A stretch of DNA of 64,000 bases from Utricularia gibba (lineage: Eukaryota; Plantae; Magnoliophyta): NCBI GenBank assembly GCA_002189035.1, contig NEEC01000009.1:1612001-1676000 (forward strand), in the 5' to 3' direction. The notes beneath the pieces were generated by a model. It had not been told where the DNA came from, did no database searches, and saw only the letters and a program-made list of their open reading frames with translations. This document shows, in pieces, positions 12,518-24,694 of this stretch; position 1 is the first letter of the stretch, and each line of letters begins with the position of its first letter. The position numbers were made by a program, and so were the translations under genes.

Positions 12518-15013
12518 TTATTCTGCGGCCTTCCCTTTGCGTCTTCCGTTTCCGCTGATTTCAATCAAGTAACAGACCATTGCATCTACGTCATCCCCGA
12601 AGATCCCATGAGCTTCCATCACCTGCATGTAGCTGAATCCCATGGCCAACATCACTTGCACGCTGCTGCTTAGAACTGGAGATTGCCCTTCTCCTGCAAA
12701 TGTTACCAGCATGTCATAAATAAATACACCCAAGTAAAAGGTCGACTATCATGGGACGAGAGTTAAGAACTTACTACTAGCTGTGGAGGATGATGGTTCA
12801 GCTCTAGAAGTTGAGGATTCCTGATGAATAACTTCATGTTTCAGCTTATTACCAGCAAGATACTCAGCCCTTGAGGCTTCCATGACCATTCTCTCGATTT
12901 CCTTTTCAGTCAGCTCAAGATCAGAGTAGAAGCGTCCTTCGGCAACAAGGGCCTAGCAAGACCAGCGGATCTTAATATACGGAAATTTATAGACATCATG
13001 CGATAACCCAATCACTTACATTATCAATCTGCTGGTCCTGTTGAGCTTTGATTGCTGCTTTCACCTGATCTTTATCAATATTTGCCTAGGATACACAGTC
13101 ACCAGTTCAAGAATCACGGATGCATTGCAAGAACTCCTGTTAATCTAAAATCTTGATGAATATGCAGTAGAAAAAGAAAAAAACAAATTGGCATACCCCC
13201 TGAAGAGAACTAAATCCAAGTCCAGCTCCGATGTTTAGTTGGCGTGGGTCTACAAGTGAGTTGTAATGATTGCCATGGTGGTAGCTCAACCGTATAGGAG
13301 GAGTGTCCGTGGTATAGTTTCCGTGGAATATATTTATGGGTTCTGAATGACAAAATTACAGTGTCAGGGTTAGAAAATATATCATCAATAAAAAGACATG
13401 GTATAGCACTCAAAAAGCACCTGCACTGTAGGAGTAGATATGAATAGGCCGGTTATACATTTCTGACAAAGCTTGGATCTCAATATTATTGCCATAAACC
13501 TAAGAAATCAAGAAAATCAAATAATAAAAACTAGCAATAAATTCTAAGTACAACACTTTTTTCTCGGACAGGTCACATGGAGCACATAAGTTAACAAGAT
13601 ACATTCAATTCTTCCTCAAGAAAAAAAAAAAAGATGAAGTCGTTTTTTAATTCAGCATTTTAAATCTGCAGTTGACGATCACCGAATGATAATGATATAT
13701 TGTACCTTATCCCTTCTCTTCCTCTTACAGTAGGAAGTAAAACCTTCCGTTATGAACTGTGAGAAATGGTTTCTTTCACGCTCCTGCAATGTTCTGAAGA
13801 AGGTAAGTTTTTCCATGCCGAAAAAACAAAACGGGTGCACAGATTATACCAAGATGAAAGCCCTGTCTAGATGAAAAAATTGAGGAGAGTGAACGGTTAA
13901 CATAAACGAAAAGTTTTCTTTTTTTTTTTTCTCATTGCATATTCATTTGGAGAAACAGAGGTCACGCACCATGTAGTCAATGCACAACTGTCTGACCAAA
14001 TCATACAGCTCAGAGTCACCATAAACTTGATCTGCCACAGCACGAAATAAGCAATTCCCATCTTCAAGCATTTTTCTGACTTCCAACCCTTCAATGCGCC
14101 TTAATTCAATCTCAAAATGGTGTTCTCTTTCCTGAAATGGAAAAATCAAGATATGCAAATGAACAAACCAAGGCTTGCACAAACGTATGATCTAAGGTCA
14201 GGCAATGAAACCATTCACTTAGAAGTCGGGTGCTTATTCATTTTTCTCATATGATTCAAAAAAAATGAAGGCATCTGGCAATCATATTTCAATGGCACAC
14301 ACATTATGTGATAAATCTCCACTATAGTTAAGATGTAAAGATGAGACTCTAGAACTCACAGCATCGTTATAAGAACTTAGGGACTGACTCTGCTCATCGG
14401 CACTGTTGTATCCTTCACCATCGCAATGAGAACGAGGTGAAGATGGGTGAGATGCATTTGGTGATGACCGGATGGAGACACCAGCCCACCCAGAATTTCT
14501 TCTAAATGATGTGGGCCTTGTACCAGCTGAGTCAGAAGAAGAAATCCTTGTGACTGAGTTCGATGATGAATGCTTGAGAGGTGGTGCAGGAGGCGGTGGT
14601 GGGGGATTTGAAGTGCCAGTCATCATCTGGATGGAATTTCCACCAACTGTATCTTTTTCATCAAGAATTGATAATCCGACAAGCCCCTCCTGCGCATTCC
14701 CAGGATTCACTGGATCACCATGAAATATCTCATTCTCCAAGACATTAACCTCATCTTGGTAGTTGTGTACATTTTTAGTTGCAAGATCCTCAGTTTTTCT
14801 TCCCTCGCTTCTATTTTCTGGAATGTCTTCCTGTACTTCATTGTGAAAAATCTCCTCATGCACTTCTTCAGCAATATTCTCATCTTTTACTATAGCACCT
14901 TGAGTGTTGCTTGCGACCTGAGTGGTTGCAACTGATACTGATGTTGATGGTCGGTTATTACTAGATGATGAAGATGAACCGGAGGATCCTCGCTGCACCA
15001 GTATCCGTGTCAT
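12518..15013 (-). CDS. OTU-domain deubiquitinase (OTUD5-like) with C-terminal UBA-like domain; multi-exon
   Basis: The catalytic motifs EDGNCLFRAVADQVYGD and RLSYHHGNHYNSLV are present, along with the family N-terminus MTRILVQRGS and the C-terminal VMLAMGFSYMQVMEAHGIFGDDVDAMVCYLIE. The exons I joined splice in frame with GT-AG introns. Confidence 0.92.
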
Positions 15014-15637
15014 ATTGGTCTTTTCTTAAAATAAGAGACCAAAACCTCTTATATTTCCCCGAATTCTACACGCACAATGCTGCAGGCTTAAATTCTCCCC
15101 TGTCCTGGCCTCACGAGATGTCTCGCCAACTCTACCTGTTAGCTATTTTTGGTTCCTCAAGCATCAATCTTGCACTACCCTAGTCATGAGACCTTGACCT
15201 CCAAACCAATGTTACTAACAAAAAAGACGAGCACTTGAGCGCGATACGGCGTAGATAACATATGAGCAACTTCCATAAACTGCAATTTAAGAAAATTGCT
15301 AGATAAACGGGAACAAAAATGAAACGTATTTGATATACCTCCATCAAAGATGGAATACCAGAATCACAAGAGCCAAGGTGCATCAGATAATCAAAATATA
15401 CTTCAAAACAACGAGAAAAATCACGAGCATGCACGGATTAATAGGGTGACAGCGTAAGCCCTAGAATTAGTTGGATTCCATTAAATTACTCACCGGAGCT
15501 AAGCGATCACAGAGGTGGTTCCCAAAATAGGGTTTAGCGCAATCCACCAAAAACGTCAGGAAGAATACCTTTCGAGTAAGGGTACTGTGACTCTGTAGAC
15601 AGTCGTAGGGATCCTTACGCGGGTCCGTGCAGCACAC

Positions 15638-15640
<3 letters not shown>

Positions 15641-15680
<40 letters not shown>
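15641..15680. repeat. (GA)20 microsatellite, reading (CT)n in the probable 5' leader of the OTU gene
   Basis: Directly visible perfect dinucleotide run. Confidence 0.95.
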
Positions 15681-15683
<3 letters not shown>

Positions 15684-15724
15684 GGAGAGAGACGTCTCCT
15701 ATGCGGGATAGATCGTGAGGCTGG

Positions 15725-15770
15725 GATCTTTATAAAGATCAGGAAATGAAGATCACGTGACCAGCACGTG
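15725..15770. promoter_or_regulatory. Candidate bidirectional core promoter: palindromic TATA plus two G-boxes
   Basis: GATCTTTATAAAGATC (15725-15740) is a perfect palindrome that gives TATAAA on both strands. CACGTG occurs at 15754-15759 and 15765-15770. The element lies between the divergent OTU and AKR genes. Confidence 0.55.
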
Positions 15771-15900
15771 GTACCCTCAATTTTTCATTCCACTTGTTTT
15801 TAAATCAAATCCGCTTATTAATTACAACAGTATTTCAAGCTCTTATCTTCGAACGCTTCATTACTCACTGCCACAACGGGTTCTCGATTGAAAGAAGCGA

Positions 15901-18564
15901 ATGGCGGTTACCGCTGCAATCTCACTGCGGCTTGTCATTGCCGGCACTAAAGATTATCGGCTATCCGGAGAACTGCGTAGACAGGAGAGACATAGACACC
16001 GACCTCTGGTGCGGTGCTGCGAGACGGCGGTTGAGGAGGCTACGGCTGAGAGGACGACGGTGGTGAGTAATGGGAAGGATTCACTCCGGATATGCAGAGT
16101 GCTGGACGGTATGTGGCAGACCAGCGGTGGATGGGGAAGAATCGACCGTGACGACGCCGTTGAGGCGATGTTTCGCTACGCCGACGCTGGACTTGGAACC
16201 TTCGACATGGCCGATCACTGTAAATAGTCTTCCCTTCGTTTGTTGGTGTTTGTTTTTTCAACTGATAGATGACGAGAATTATTATATTATCTGGACAAAA
16301 GTGTAATTGCATCTGAGAAGAGCATATGGCTAGGAATTTAAGTGGGCGTGGAAGATCGAAATTCATTTAGGATAGCTCCATTTTCAGAGTTGTGGTGCTT
16401 TCTTGTAAAGCTTTCAATGACGGGAACGCTGAATGGATCATGGATTTTGTGTACTCTCTCCCCCAAAAGCATCAGTAATAAAAGAGTTTATGGAGTTAGA
16501 AAATATTCTCGTGGGTCACTCGCTTGCTTGTTAACCTTTGACAAAGAGAGAGTTGAGGTAAGGAATGGGAAGGATTCATTGGACATCTGCAGAGTGGTTA
16601 ACGGGATGTGGCAGGTGAGTGGAGGCTGGGGAAGAACTGATGTCGAGAATGCAGTCGAAGCAATGCTTCGATATGCTGATGCTGGGCTTAACACGTTTGA
16701 TTTGGCTGATATTTGTAAAACACCTGAATTTGCATCTTATTTTGGTTCATTGTTTGGGATGCATTTCTTATTGTTTTCTATATGTTTCACAGATGGGCCA
16801 GCTGAGGATCTTTATGGCATTTTTATAAATCGTGTGCGCAGGGAACGGCCTCCTGAGTATCTGGAAAATGTGAGGGGGTGAGTGAATACACTCTTTGCAT
16901 GAAAATCAGGAAGTATGCGGGTGCCCTTCCTGGTTTCATACGCTGCTTGTTATAACAGCAGGGCTATTTTTCCTTGTAAAATGCAGCCTTACAAAATGGG
17001 TTCCTCCACCGGTAAAGATGACTTCTAGCTTTGTTCGTGATAGTATTAATGTGTCCCTGAGGAGAATGGATGTTGCCTGTTTAGACATGCTCCAGTTTCA
17101 TTGGTATGTAACTATCAACATCATCTCTACTTATAAAACGTTATTATAGTCTGTATTGCACCGATGCAATGACTTAAGTACTTGGAAACTTGTTCAAATT
17201 GTTTATGATAGTTTTCTTAATAAATATTTTTGTTCTGTGGCAATGATACCCGCACGGGTATGGCCTTTATGAATATATGTATATCTTTTTTGTATAATTT
17301 TATGTGGCAACATGGAATATTTATGCCTTGAATTTTGCTATGGTCTTGTGAAACCAGGTGGGACTACTCGAATCCTGGCTACCTTGACGCTCTTAAGCAT
17401 CTCACAGATTTAAAAGAGCAAGGTTTGTTTTTCTGTTTGGTTTAAAACGCTAGACGCAGAATGAGAAATCTTGATTTGAGAGGATTGCTATAGGAAAAGA
17501 AATCCCGTTGCAGGTAAAATTAAGACAGTAGCTTTGACTAATTTCGATACTGAACGGTTGCAAAAGATCCTTGAGAATGGAATTCCAGTTGTTAGCAACC
17601 AGGTGATGGATCCTTGAGATTTCTCTCTGATTTTTTAAGTTGTTGCTTGGAAAGTACTAATTCCTGGTTCCCTAGTCATCTAAACTTGTTTGATTTGAAC
17701 TCTTGACCTCCTATGCTCACCACCATTCATCAACTTCAAAATGCTAACATGCTCCATCTTTCTTCAGGTACAGCATTCCATTGTTGATATGCGCCCTCAA
17801 CGGAGGATGGCAGAGCTTTGTCAGCTCACTGGAGTAAAACTAATAACGTCTCTTGCGCTCTCCTTCTCCCTCTTTAACACTCCTCGACATGGAAAGGCTG
17901 TGTTCAATATCGAAGAATCTCATGGATCGCACTTCTACGTTTGCAGGTATGGGACAGTGATGGGTGGTCTATTATCCGAGAAGTTCCTCGATACAAATTT
18001 AAATATCCCTTTTGCGGGTCCTCCATTGAATACTCCTTCCCTCCAGAAGTACAAAAGAGTAAGTAATGCTGTTGGTCATTGCTTATTCAATCTTCATAAC
18101 AGTATTTGACACGATGGCTGGATACAATGCAGATGGTTGATGCATGGGGAGGATGGAGTCTTTTCCAAGAACTGCTGCAAACCCTGAATGGAATAGCCTC
18201 TAAGCACGGTGTAACAATCCCTTCTGTTGCTGTGAGATATATTTTAGATCAGGTAACTTCTGCAACTCCCTAAGATTGTACAGATACATGCTCTCGTATC
18301 ATTGGATATAAGCCCGTTTTCCTTGATTCTGTCGGTGGTTGCAATTTAGATGCATATTCTTGGTGTTTGTGTTTTCAGCAAGCTGTCGCTGGATCAATGA
18401 TAGGCGTCAGACTCGGGCTCGCAGAACACATAGAAGACACGAAAAGGATTTTTTCCCTGGTTCTGGACGAAGACGACATTGCCAGAATCTCACAAGTTTG
18501 TAGTAAAGGCAAAGATCTCCTTAAAGTAATTGGAGACTGTGGAGATGAGTACAGGCGTGTGTGA
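15901..18564 (+). CDS. NAD(P)-linked aldo-keto reductase family protein (often annotated flagellar radial spoke protein 5-like) with two alternative first exons
   Basis: AKR motifs include GMWQTSGGWG, TFDMADHY (catalytic Asp/Tyr), LTKWVP, DMLQFHW, ALTNFDT, SNQVQHS and the terminal GDCGDEYRRV*. Exon 1a is 15901..16219, exon 1b is about 16417..16714, and the common exon 2 starts at 16793. Confidence 0.9.
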
Positions 18565-18700
18565 AATTTGTATGCATTGAATGCATTGTGAGTTTTATCG
18601 AAGCTTCTATTGTAATCCTTCAACTGCGGCTGGAGCTTGAAGTGGAAAGCCACCCCACCCGTTCGACAAAATGCCTCTTACAACCTTGTTTTGTCGTATA

Positions 18701-18754
18701 TGGGCCTTCGTTCACTGGGTTCGCATTGGGCCTTTAATGAAATGCCTAGGCCCA
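18701..18754. promoter_or_regulatory. Site II (TGGGCY) cluster upstream of the RPP2 pseudogene
   Basis: TGGGCC occurs at 18701 and 18727, and GGCCCA at 18749. Such clusters are typical of plant ribosomal-protein promoters. Confidence 0.5.
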
Positions 18755-18876
18755 ATTTCGTCCCCCAAACCATGCGCGAATGTTCTTTGGGTATTCTTGG
18801 AGAAATAGAACTGTCTTTTTGTCTTGACTGAGGTGCTTACTTGCTCCAGTTTTCGGAGTTAACTCTTTTGGGAGCA

Positions 18877-19250
18877 ATGAAGGTGGTTGCAGCATACTTG
18901 CTGGGGAACGGTTTTGAAGGATATCCTTCTTGTGCTCCGTTACTTTTTCCTTTTACTGCATTTGTAGTTTCAGTTATGTGAAGAGGGAAGGAATCCTTAG
19001 TAATGTCAAAAGACTCAAATCCATACTTCACGTCATTGCTTTTTAATGCAGAAGTTTTTGTTGTTTTTGGTCGATGGTTATGCCTTGCCTGTTCACAGCC
19101 GGGGCGGACGCAGACGATGATAAGATTGAGCTATTGCTGTCACAAGTCACTGGCAAGGATATAACTGAACAAATTGCCTCTGGCCGAGAAAAACTAGCCT
19201 GTTGGCTGCCGCTGGTGTCACCGCTGCTCCCTTAACCAGTAAAAAAGAAG
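18877..19250 (+). pseudogene. RPP2: Unprocessed 60S acidic ribosomal protein P2 pseudogene
   Basis: The ATG at 18877 gives MKVVAAYLL, followed by a deletion and frameshift (an LKDIL remnant lies in another frame) and loss of the GT donor. The exon from 19099 reads GADADDDKIELLLSQVTGKDITEQIASGREKLA, then frameshifts to a stop. No SDDDMGFSLFD tail was found. Confidence 0.88.
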
Positions 19251-19611
19251 TGTTTTGGAGATACAAAGCAGGCTGCTCATCTTCAACCAGGGTTGCCTTG
19301 AAGGACACGGGATTCAGTGTTTTGGACCAGCAAGAAACAGAAAATCAGTGCACCTGGGAATTGTGAGGCGCAATGGAATTAGTCTTGTAATGCGCTCAAT
19401 ATCTCTCTTTTTTTCTAAAACTGTGCTCCTGATGATGCAGAAGCAGCAGCAGCTCCATTCAGGTTGGTGTGTGTTGGTGCAGAGTCCATCTAATTCCCAT
19501 TTTATTTTACAATGATATGATTTAAACAGTTTGGTGTTAAAAGCACATGAAGGGAAGGGAAGGGAAACAAGAATGTCCTAGAACCAAATTGTGTGATGGA
19601 TATGTTATTTG

Positions 19612-20469
19612 TTACTGGTTACTATTGCGGGCGTGGACCATGAATGAGAACTCCAATTTTGCTCCATCCTTGTGAAGGAAATTATGTTCCAGCCATGGTC
19701 GATTTTCCAGGCCGGTTCGGGTTCTAAATAAGAACCGGGCTGTGCCCGCCCCGGAATAACCGAGCCATTCATGAACATCCCACAGCAAATCCACCGCCAC
19801 TCCATCCAAGAAAACGGTTTCATTCCCTCTGAAATTCCAATGCAGTTTCTTCACATGAACCACCGGTTTTCTGTCAATGCAAACGCTCAGAACCGGGCTG
19901 TCGCTTTCTCTGCCGCATCGGATCAGAATGCTGTGGAAGTTCCCGGCGTCCGAGAATCTTGCCCTGGTGTACACGTTTCTGCCGGAGAAATGCTCGTGTC
20001 GCGAAATCAACGAGAATTTATTATTCTGTTGCTGTCTCGACTTCTTGTCGCCGAGAAGGAGTAGGGTGTCGCCGGAGTCCACCGTAGCGATGAGGATGAA
20101 GTAGCCGGAGATGGGCTCTGGCCCGGATCCAAATCTGGCCGCCGTGAGATCCCAACTGACCTCGACCATCTCCCCCGCGAAATCATGGGTTCTGGTGCCT
20201 TTGGGGTGAGTCAGACTCAGGGCAACCCCGTCATCGAAGGCGATGCTGACGGCGGTTCTCCCCCATGTGAGGCTCACAAAGAGACGATTTTTACTGGACG
20301 GCGATGGCAGCGTTGTGCTCGTGGCGTACAAGCAGGTGACGGCACTCTGAATCGAGGGCGGCGACTCAAGGGAAACCCCAGCAGTCGAAGAACCAGCGGA
20401 GGCGCAGGATGATGCATCGGAAACCTTGACTGCGTACTCACTGAAACAAGATGCGAAATCTCCCCTCAT
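19612..20469 (-). CDS. DUF868 family plant protein, intronless
   Basis: Family motifs: MRGDFASCFSEYAVKVSD, WDLTAARFGSGPEPISGYF, VHVKKLHWNFRGNETVFLDGVAVDLLWDVHEW, ARFLFRTR. Confidence 0.88.
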   Translation of the reverse strand: MRGDFASCFSEYAVKVSDASSCASAGSSTAGVSLESPPSIQSAVTCLYATSTTLPSPSSKNRLFVSLTWGRTAVSIAFDDGVALSLTHPKGTRTHDFAGEMVEVSWDLTAARFGSGPEPISGYFILIATVDSGDTLLLLGDKKSRQQQNNKFSLISRHEHFSGRNVYTRARFSDAGNFHSILIRCGRESDSPVLSVCIDRKPVVHVKKLHWNFRGNETVFLDGVAVDLLWDVHEWLGYSGAGTARFLFRTRTGLENRPWLEHNFLHKDGAKLEFSFMVHARNSNQ

Positions 20470-21380
20470 CCCGCAACCAAAGAACTGAAGAGAGAAAAGC
20501 AAGCAGATTTATCAACGGCCCCCCGCTCCCCTAAAATGGATATAAAACCATTAACTCAACCTTCCTCCAATCATGGCCTACAACAAGTTCTAAGCATTTA
20601 ACATAAATGGCTGCTGCTCTCTTCTCCGGCACCCCATTCCGGTGCGCTACAGTATCCACCTTCTGACATCACACCAAATTTTCCATGATCTCGGGCTCTG
20701 GTTTTATTCATACCCTAACATAGGACCATGACACATGAAGAGACAGCAACGAAAAATGATTTCTTTTGTCCAAAAAAGAAAACGAAAAATCATTTCTTTA
20801 TTTTTTATCCACGTTGAGATGGCCTGCGGAGCCCGTGTCTTCGTCTTCATAGGTGGGGACCACACTCGGGGAATATTTTAAACTTGGTAATTAGAGGGGG
20901 GATTATATCATTATTAGCCTCATAATTACGAATATGAATGAGATCACGGGGGGACCACATCGGAGAGAGTTTGGAATTATTATTTTACTAATTAGGAAAG
21001 TGTTTTATTATTTAAATAAGTATTTTTTAAAATTCAAGATTAAATTAATTTAAATTCAATTCAAATTTATTATTTTTGAATTCGATTAAATAATTCTTAT
21101 TATCTTCAAATAATTAATCTTATTTCGATAATAACTAATATATTATTAGGAGTCAATTTTGATGAGGGCCATCTTCCCATTAATTCGCGATGATCTAAAA
21201 AATATTGATTTTATTTTTAATGAAGTCATTAATGGATTGTTAGTTGAACTTTTTTCTTTTTGGGAAAAAGGGGAAAAAAAGCTAATCTTATTTTCAAAAG
21301 ATATTAATAAATATCCCGAAATTAAAAATGCTGCTGCACAAAAGAGTTTCTTTTACAGTTTGAAAGTCAGTAAACGCTTG

Positions 21381-24291
21381 CTACTTGAAAAACTTGTTGC
21401 ACACCCGCAGCAAGTTGGCAACGCCGTCATGGTTGACGGTGACCGGAGCGCAGGCGGCCGTCGTGGCTTCTTCTTCCCGTGCTGCATGGAGGGATCTCCA
21501 CTGAAGCAAAAGATCTGTAATTCTTTTCACCTGCATACCAGTACCATGAACAGCCATCACTCAGGGGAAGCCGTGGAAAAGGAAGCAGGGTGAAGTGCAA
21601 TGTCGGACAATGCGTTTGCATTCGAGGTTTTTTTGTGTTTTCCGGCGATGCGTGTATATGCGTGAGAGGATGGATGAAAGGATACCGCAGCAGGTCTGGG
21701 GTCTGTCGTCTTCATGGAAGAGGGCCGCCGTGGGCACTCCAGGAGTTCATCTTCGATGAGTTCAGTTTTACTCAGAAGTGCTGCGACGAGGGAGTGAAGG
21801 GTAGGTGCAGGTATCTCCTTTTCTTGAAACAGTGTCAGCGATCTTGCAATGACGCTCCAAACTGCAGTCTTTGCTTCGGTGTCGCCGGCGGCGAATGGCA
21901 GCACATCGAAAAGACCCTGCAAAAAAATGACATCTTTTGCAATACAAAGTGACCGGATTGCGATGCAGCAGGAAATATTATCAACTGAAGAGTGAAGAGC
22001 ATGGCATATTTGAAGAACCTTCTGATAGCAGCAATGCGAAATCATCAGATTCGGTCAGAATGTTGGCTACCACCACTGCAGCTGTTACGCAAGAGCTGGA
22101 AACCTGGAATAATGGTTGCAGCAACAGGTGAAGAGCAAATTCAGGTGATTTTCATTCTGGGAAAACGAGGAAAGATGCTCGAAACCATAAGCAATGACAG
22201 GTTTAGGTGTTTCAAGTTATCACTGAAACAGCTCACCGTTAACACGACACAAGATCAAGCAATGCAAGTAATGATGGATTGTCTGAAAGGCTGAAAAGAT
22301 CATTTAAACGACTATAACGAGCAACATTACCACATCTGGTTTCCTAAGCATACCTCCAACTTATCAGGTGATTCCACCATCTCTTTCACAAGCGCCCATA
22401 GCCCTCTATTCAGGCATATTTCACGTGAATGTATATCAATGGTAGAGAGAGCTTCAATAGCCCTAAGCATCATATCCAGCACATCATGCCTGTTTCAATC
22501 ATGTAATTCAAGCTCATAATGGCCACGCTAAGCGCTGATGGACAGAATGTAAATAGAATTATACTTCTCAAGTAGTCGTTCTCTTAGTTTGCCTATTTCC
22601 AAATCCAGAAGCTTGACTAGAAGGCTTGACAAATCTAAGTTGATCAAAGGTGGAAGAAGAATTGATAAAACACGAGTGTCGCTTTCTAAAATAGCCAACA
22701 GTAGCTCAACAATCTGAAAACATAGCCATGAGTTGATACAAACAGAAGATATTGACGCAGAGAAATAGTTTCAAGCACACAAGAAGAGCCAGCATCAAAA
22801 GAAATTCTGGCGATACCTTCAAAAGGAGCTCAGAATTCAACGTGTTTTCAGCAATCCAGAGGATACGAGAAATTAGTGTCTCTGCCTGCAATGCTTCTGC
22901 CAAAGTAACACTTCCACTGCCTCGGAGACACGAGGATATCACCCTAGTTTAACACATGAACCAACCACCAGATATGTGAACGTGGGTAAAACAATTCTAA
23001 CACTTTCACCCAGGACATTAACTTTTATTCTCAACAAGCCTTATGTACGTTTTGCAACATGATTTTTAACAAAGCAGGTTGGCACAGGACCTTTCTGGCC
23101 CAGAAGGAACTGCTGTGATAATCAGAACATAATTGTTTCACAAGTTTGAAAGGAAAGTCTATTTTTCCACAGAAAAATGAACTGTAAGACAAAGAATTTT
23201 TTTTCGAATATCAAAGTGCTTTCTTCCGTGAGTTAATACAGAATCAGAGAACTACCTGCAAGTTTCGCAGAGGATTGGAACATCATCCACAAGCAACTGT
23301 CCCACAATTACCTGAACCAAACCATTTGTGCAGCCAATATTTTCCTGCAAACACTCATGGCAAGCAATGTTCCCTAGTATTCCAAGGCAAATCTCCTGCA
23401 GAACGGGAAAAATGTGATGGAAGAATCTCATTGGCGTTGGGATATTAAATTTGACGCAACCCCCAAATATGCTACAAACAGTGTAGTAACTCACAGAAAC
23501 ACGTGACGACTGAGAAACCATAAGATTGGCGAGGAGAACTTCAAGGATCAGATTTTGAACCTACAGGGAAATAGGAAAAGTCTTTCAGCTACTAAAAGAA
23601 ACGTGAAACAAAGTACAATAGCATGTAGTGGTAGCAGACAGAGATAGTTATCTTGACCATAAATTGTGCATATTCTTCACTTGCAGAAAGATCCCATAAG
23701 ACACATCCACATTCTTCCCATATATCCTCGACCTCTGATCCGCCTTGTACTTCATTCCCATTTCTCCGTCTTGATGAATCTTGATCAGCATCATTGTCTA
23801 TAGTGGGTTTTGTCTCATCATGCTCATCAAAATAATGCATTTCCTTATCCCCACCAACTAAATAAACATCTGTATTTCCACCTTCGGCTTTCATTTTATC
23901 GGTGACTGAACACCTTTCCGCAGAGTATTCACTAACTTTCACATCTGATGGAATAAGTCTCCTTATCATAGATATCAGGTAACTGGGATCGACAGTCGAT
24001 GGTATGTCAAATGACTGCAATACAAATTGCGTGAGTTACCCTCCAGACCACAGCGAATTAGGATCTCTCAACACGCTCAGTGCATTGTATGATGTTGCCA
24101 TGACACAGTCACGGGTCCAAATGCTTTGTGCGCCAAGGATGACGAAAAGTAAACAAACAACTTACAGACGATAACGTAAAATCAAGATACTTATAGTTCC
24201 GTGAAGAAATCACCTCGTGAAGAGGGGCAGGAGGATTATGTGCCTGAGGAGCATCAAGTTCGTGTTTTTCTTCATTCTCTGGGGATTCCAT
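21381..24291 (-). CDS. SAAL1-like ARM-repeat protein; multi-exon
   Basis: Family segments: DAPQAHNPPAPLHE/SFDIPSTVDPSYLISMIRRLIP, WEECGCVLWDLSAS, EICLGILGNIACHE, LCETCR, FLQGLFDVLPFA. The last exon (21530..21381) reads VKRITDLLLQW...CNKFFK*. Confidence 0.8.
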
Positions 24292-24694
24292 GTAACTAAC
24301 CAGACGGGCGATATGCTTACAGCGCTCTCAAGTTTCAGTAAGGAGCTGCGTTCCGGTATACGTAGGATTGGTTCCCGATTAATATAAACGAGTATCAGAC
24401 CGTTGATCGATTGTAAAGGGAGAAGGGGTTTTCTTGAGCTAAAACCCTAATACCTCATCAACTGAACAGGGACGATTTGAGGGTGGTTTTGAAGGGATAT
24501 CCATCATATCATTAAATGCTGAAGTGCGTTAAAATGTTTGATCTTGCAAGCTTCAACAACCCCATTGGGAACATCATGGGGCTTATTTCTGAGTGCAAAA
24601 ATACAACTATAGCGCTGGAATACTTCCCCTGAGAGGATGGTACAGGAAAAAAAATGTTAACGTCGCAACCAAAATTTCTATTGCAGTTGTCAGT

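Noticed and set aside
20949-20965. GGACCACATCGG as an snRNA upstream sequence element (USE)
   Set aside because: It mismatches the RTCCCACATCG consensus, there is no properly spaced TATA, and no snRNA sequence follows.
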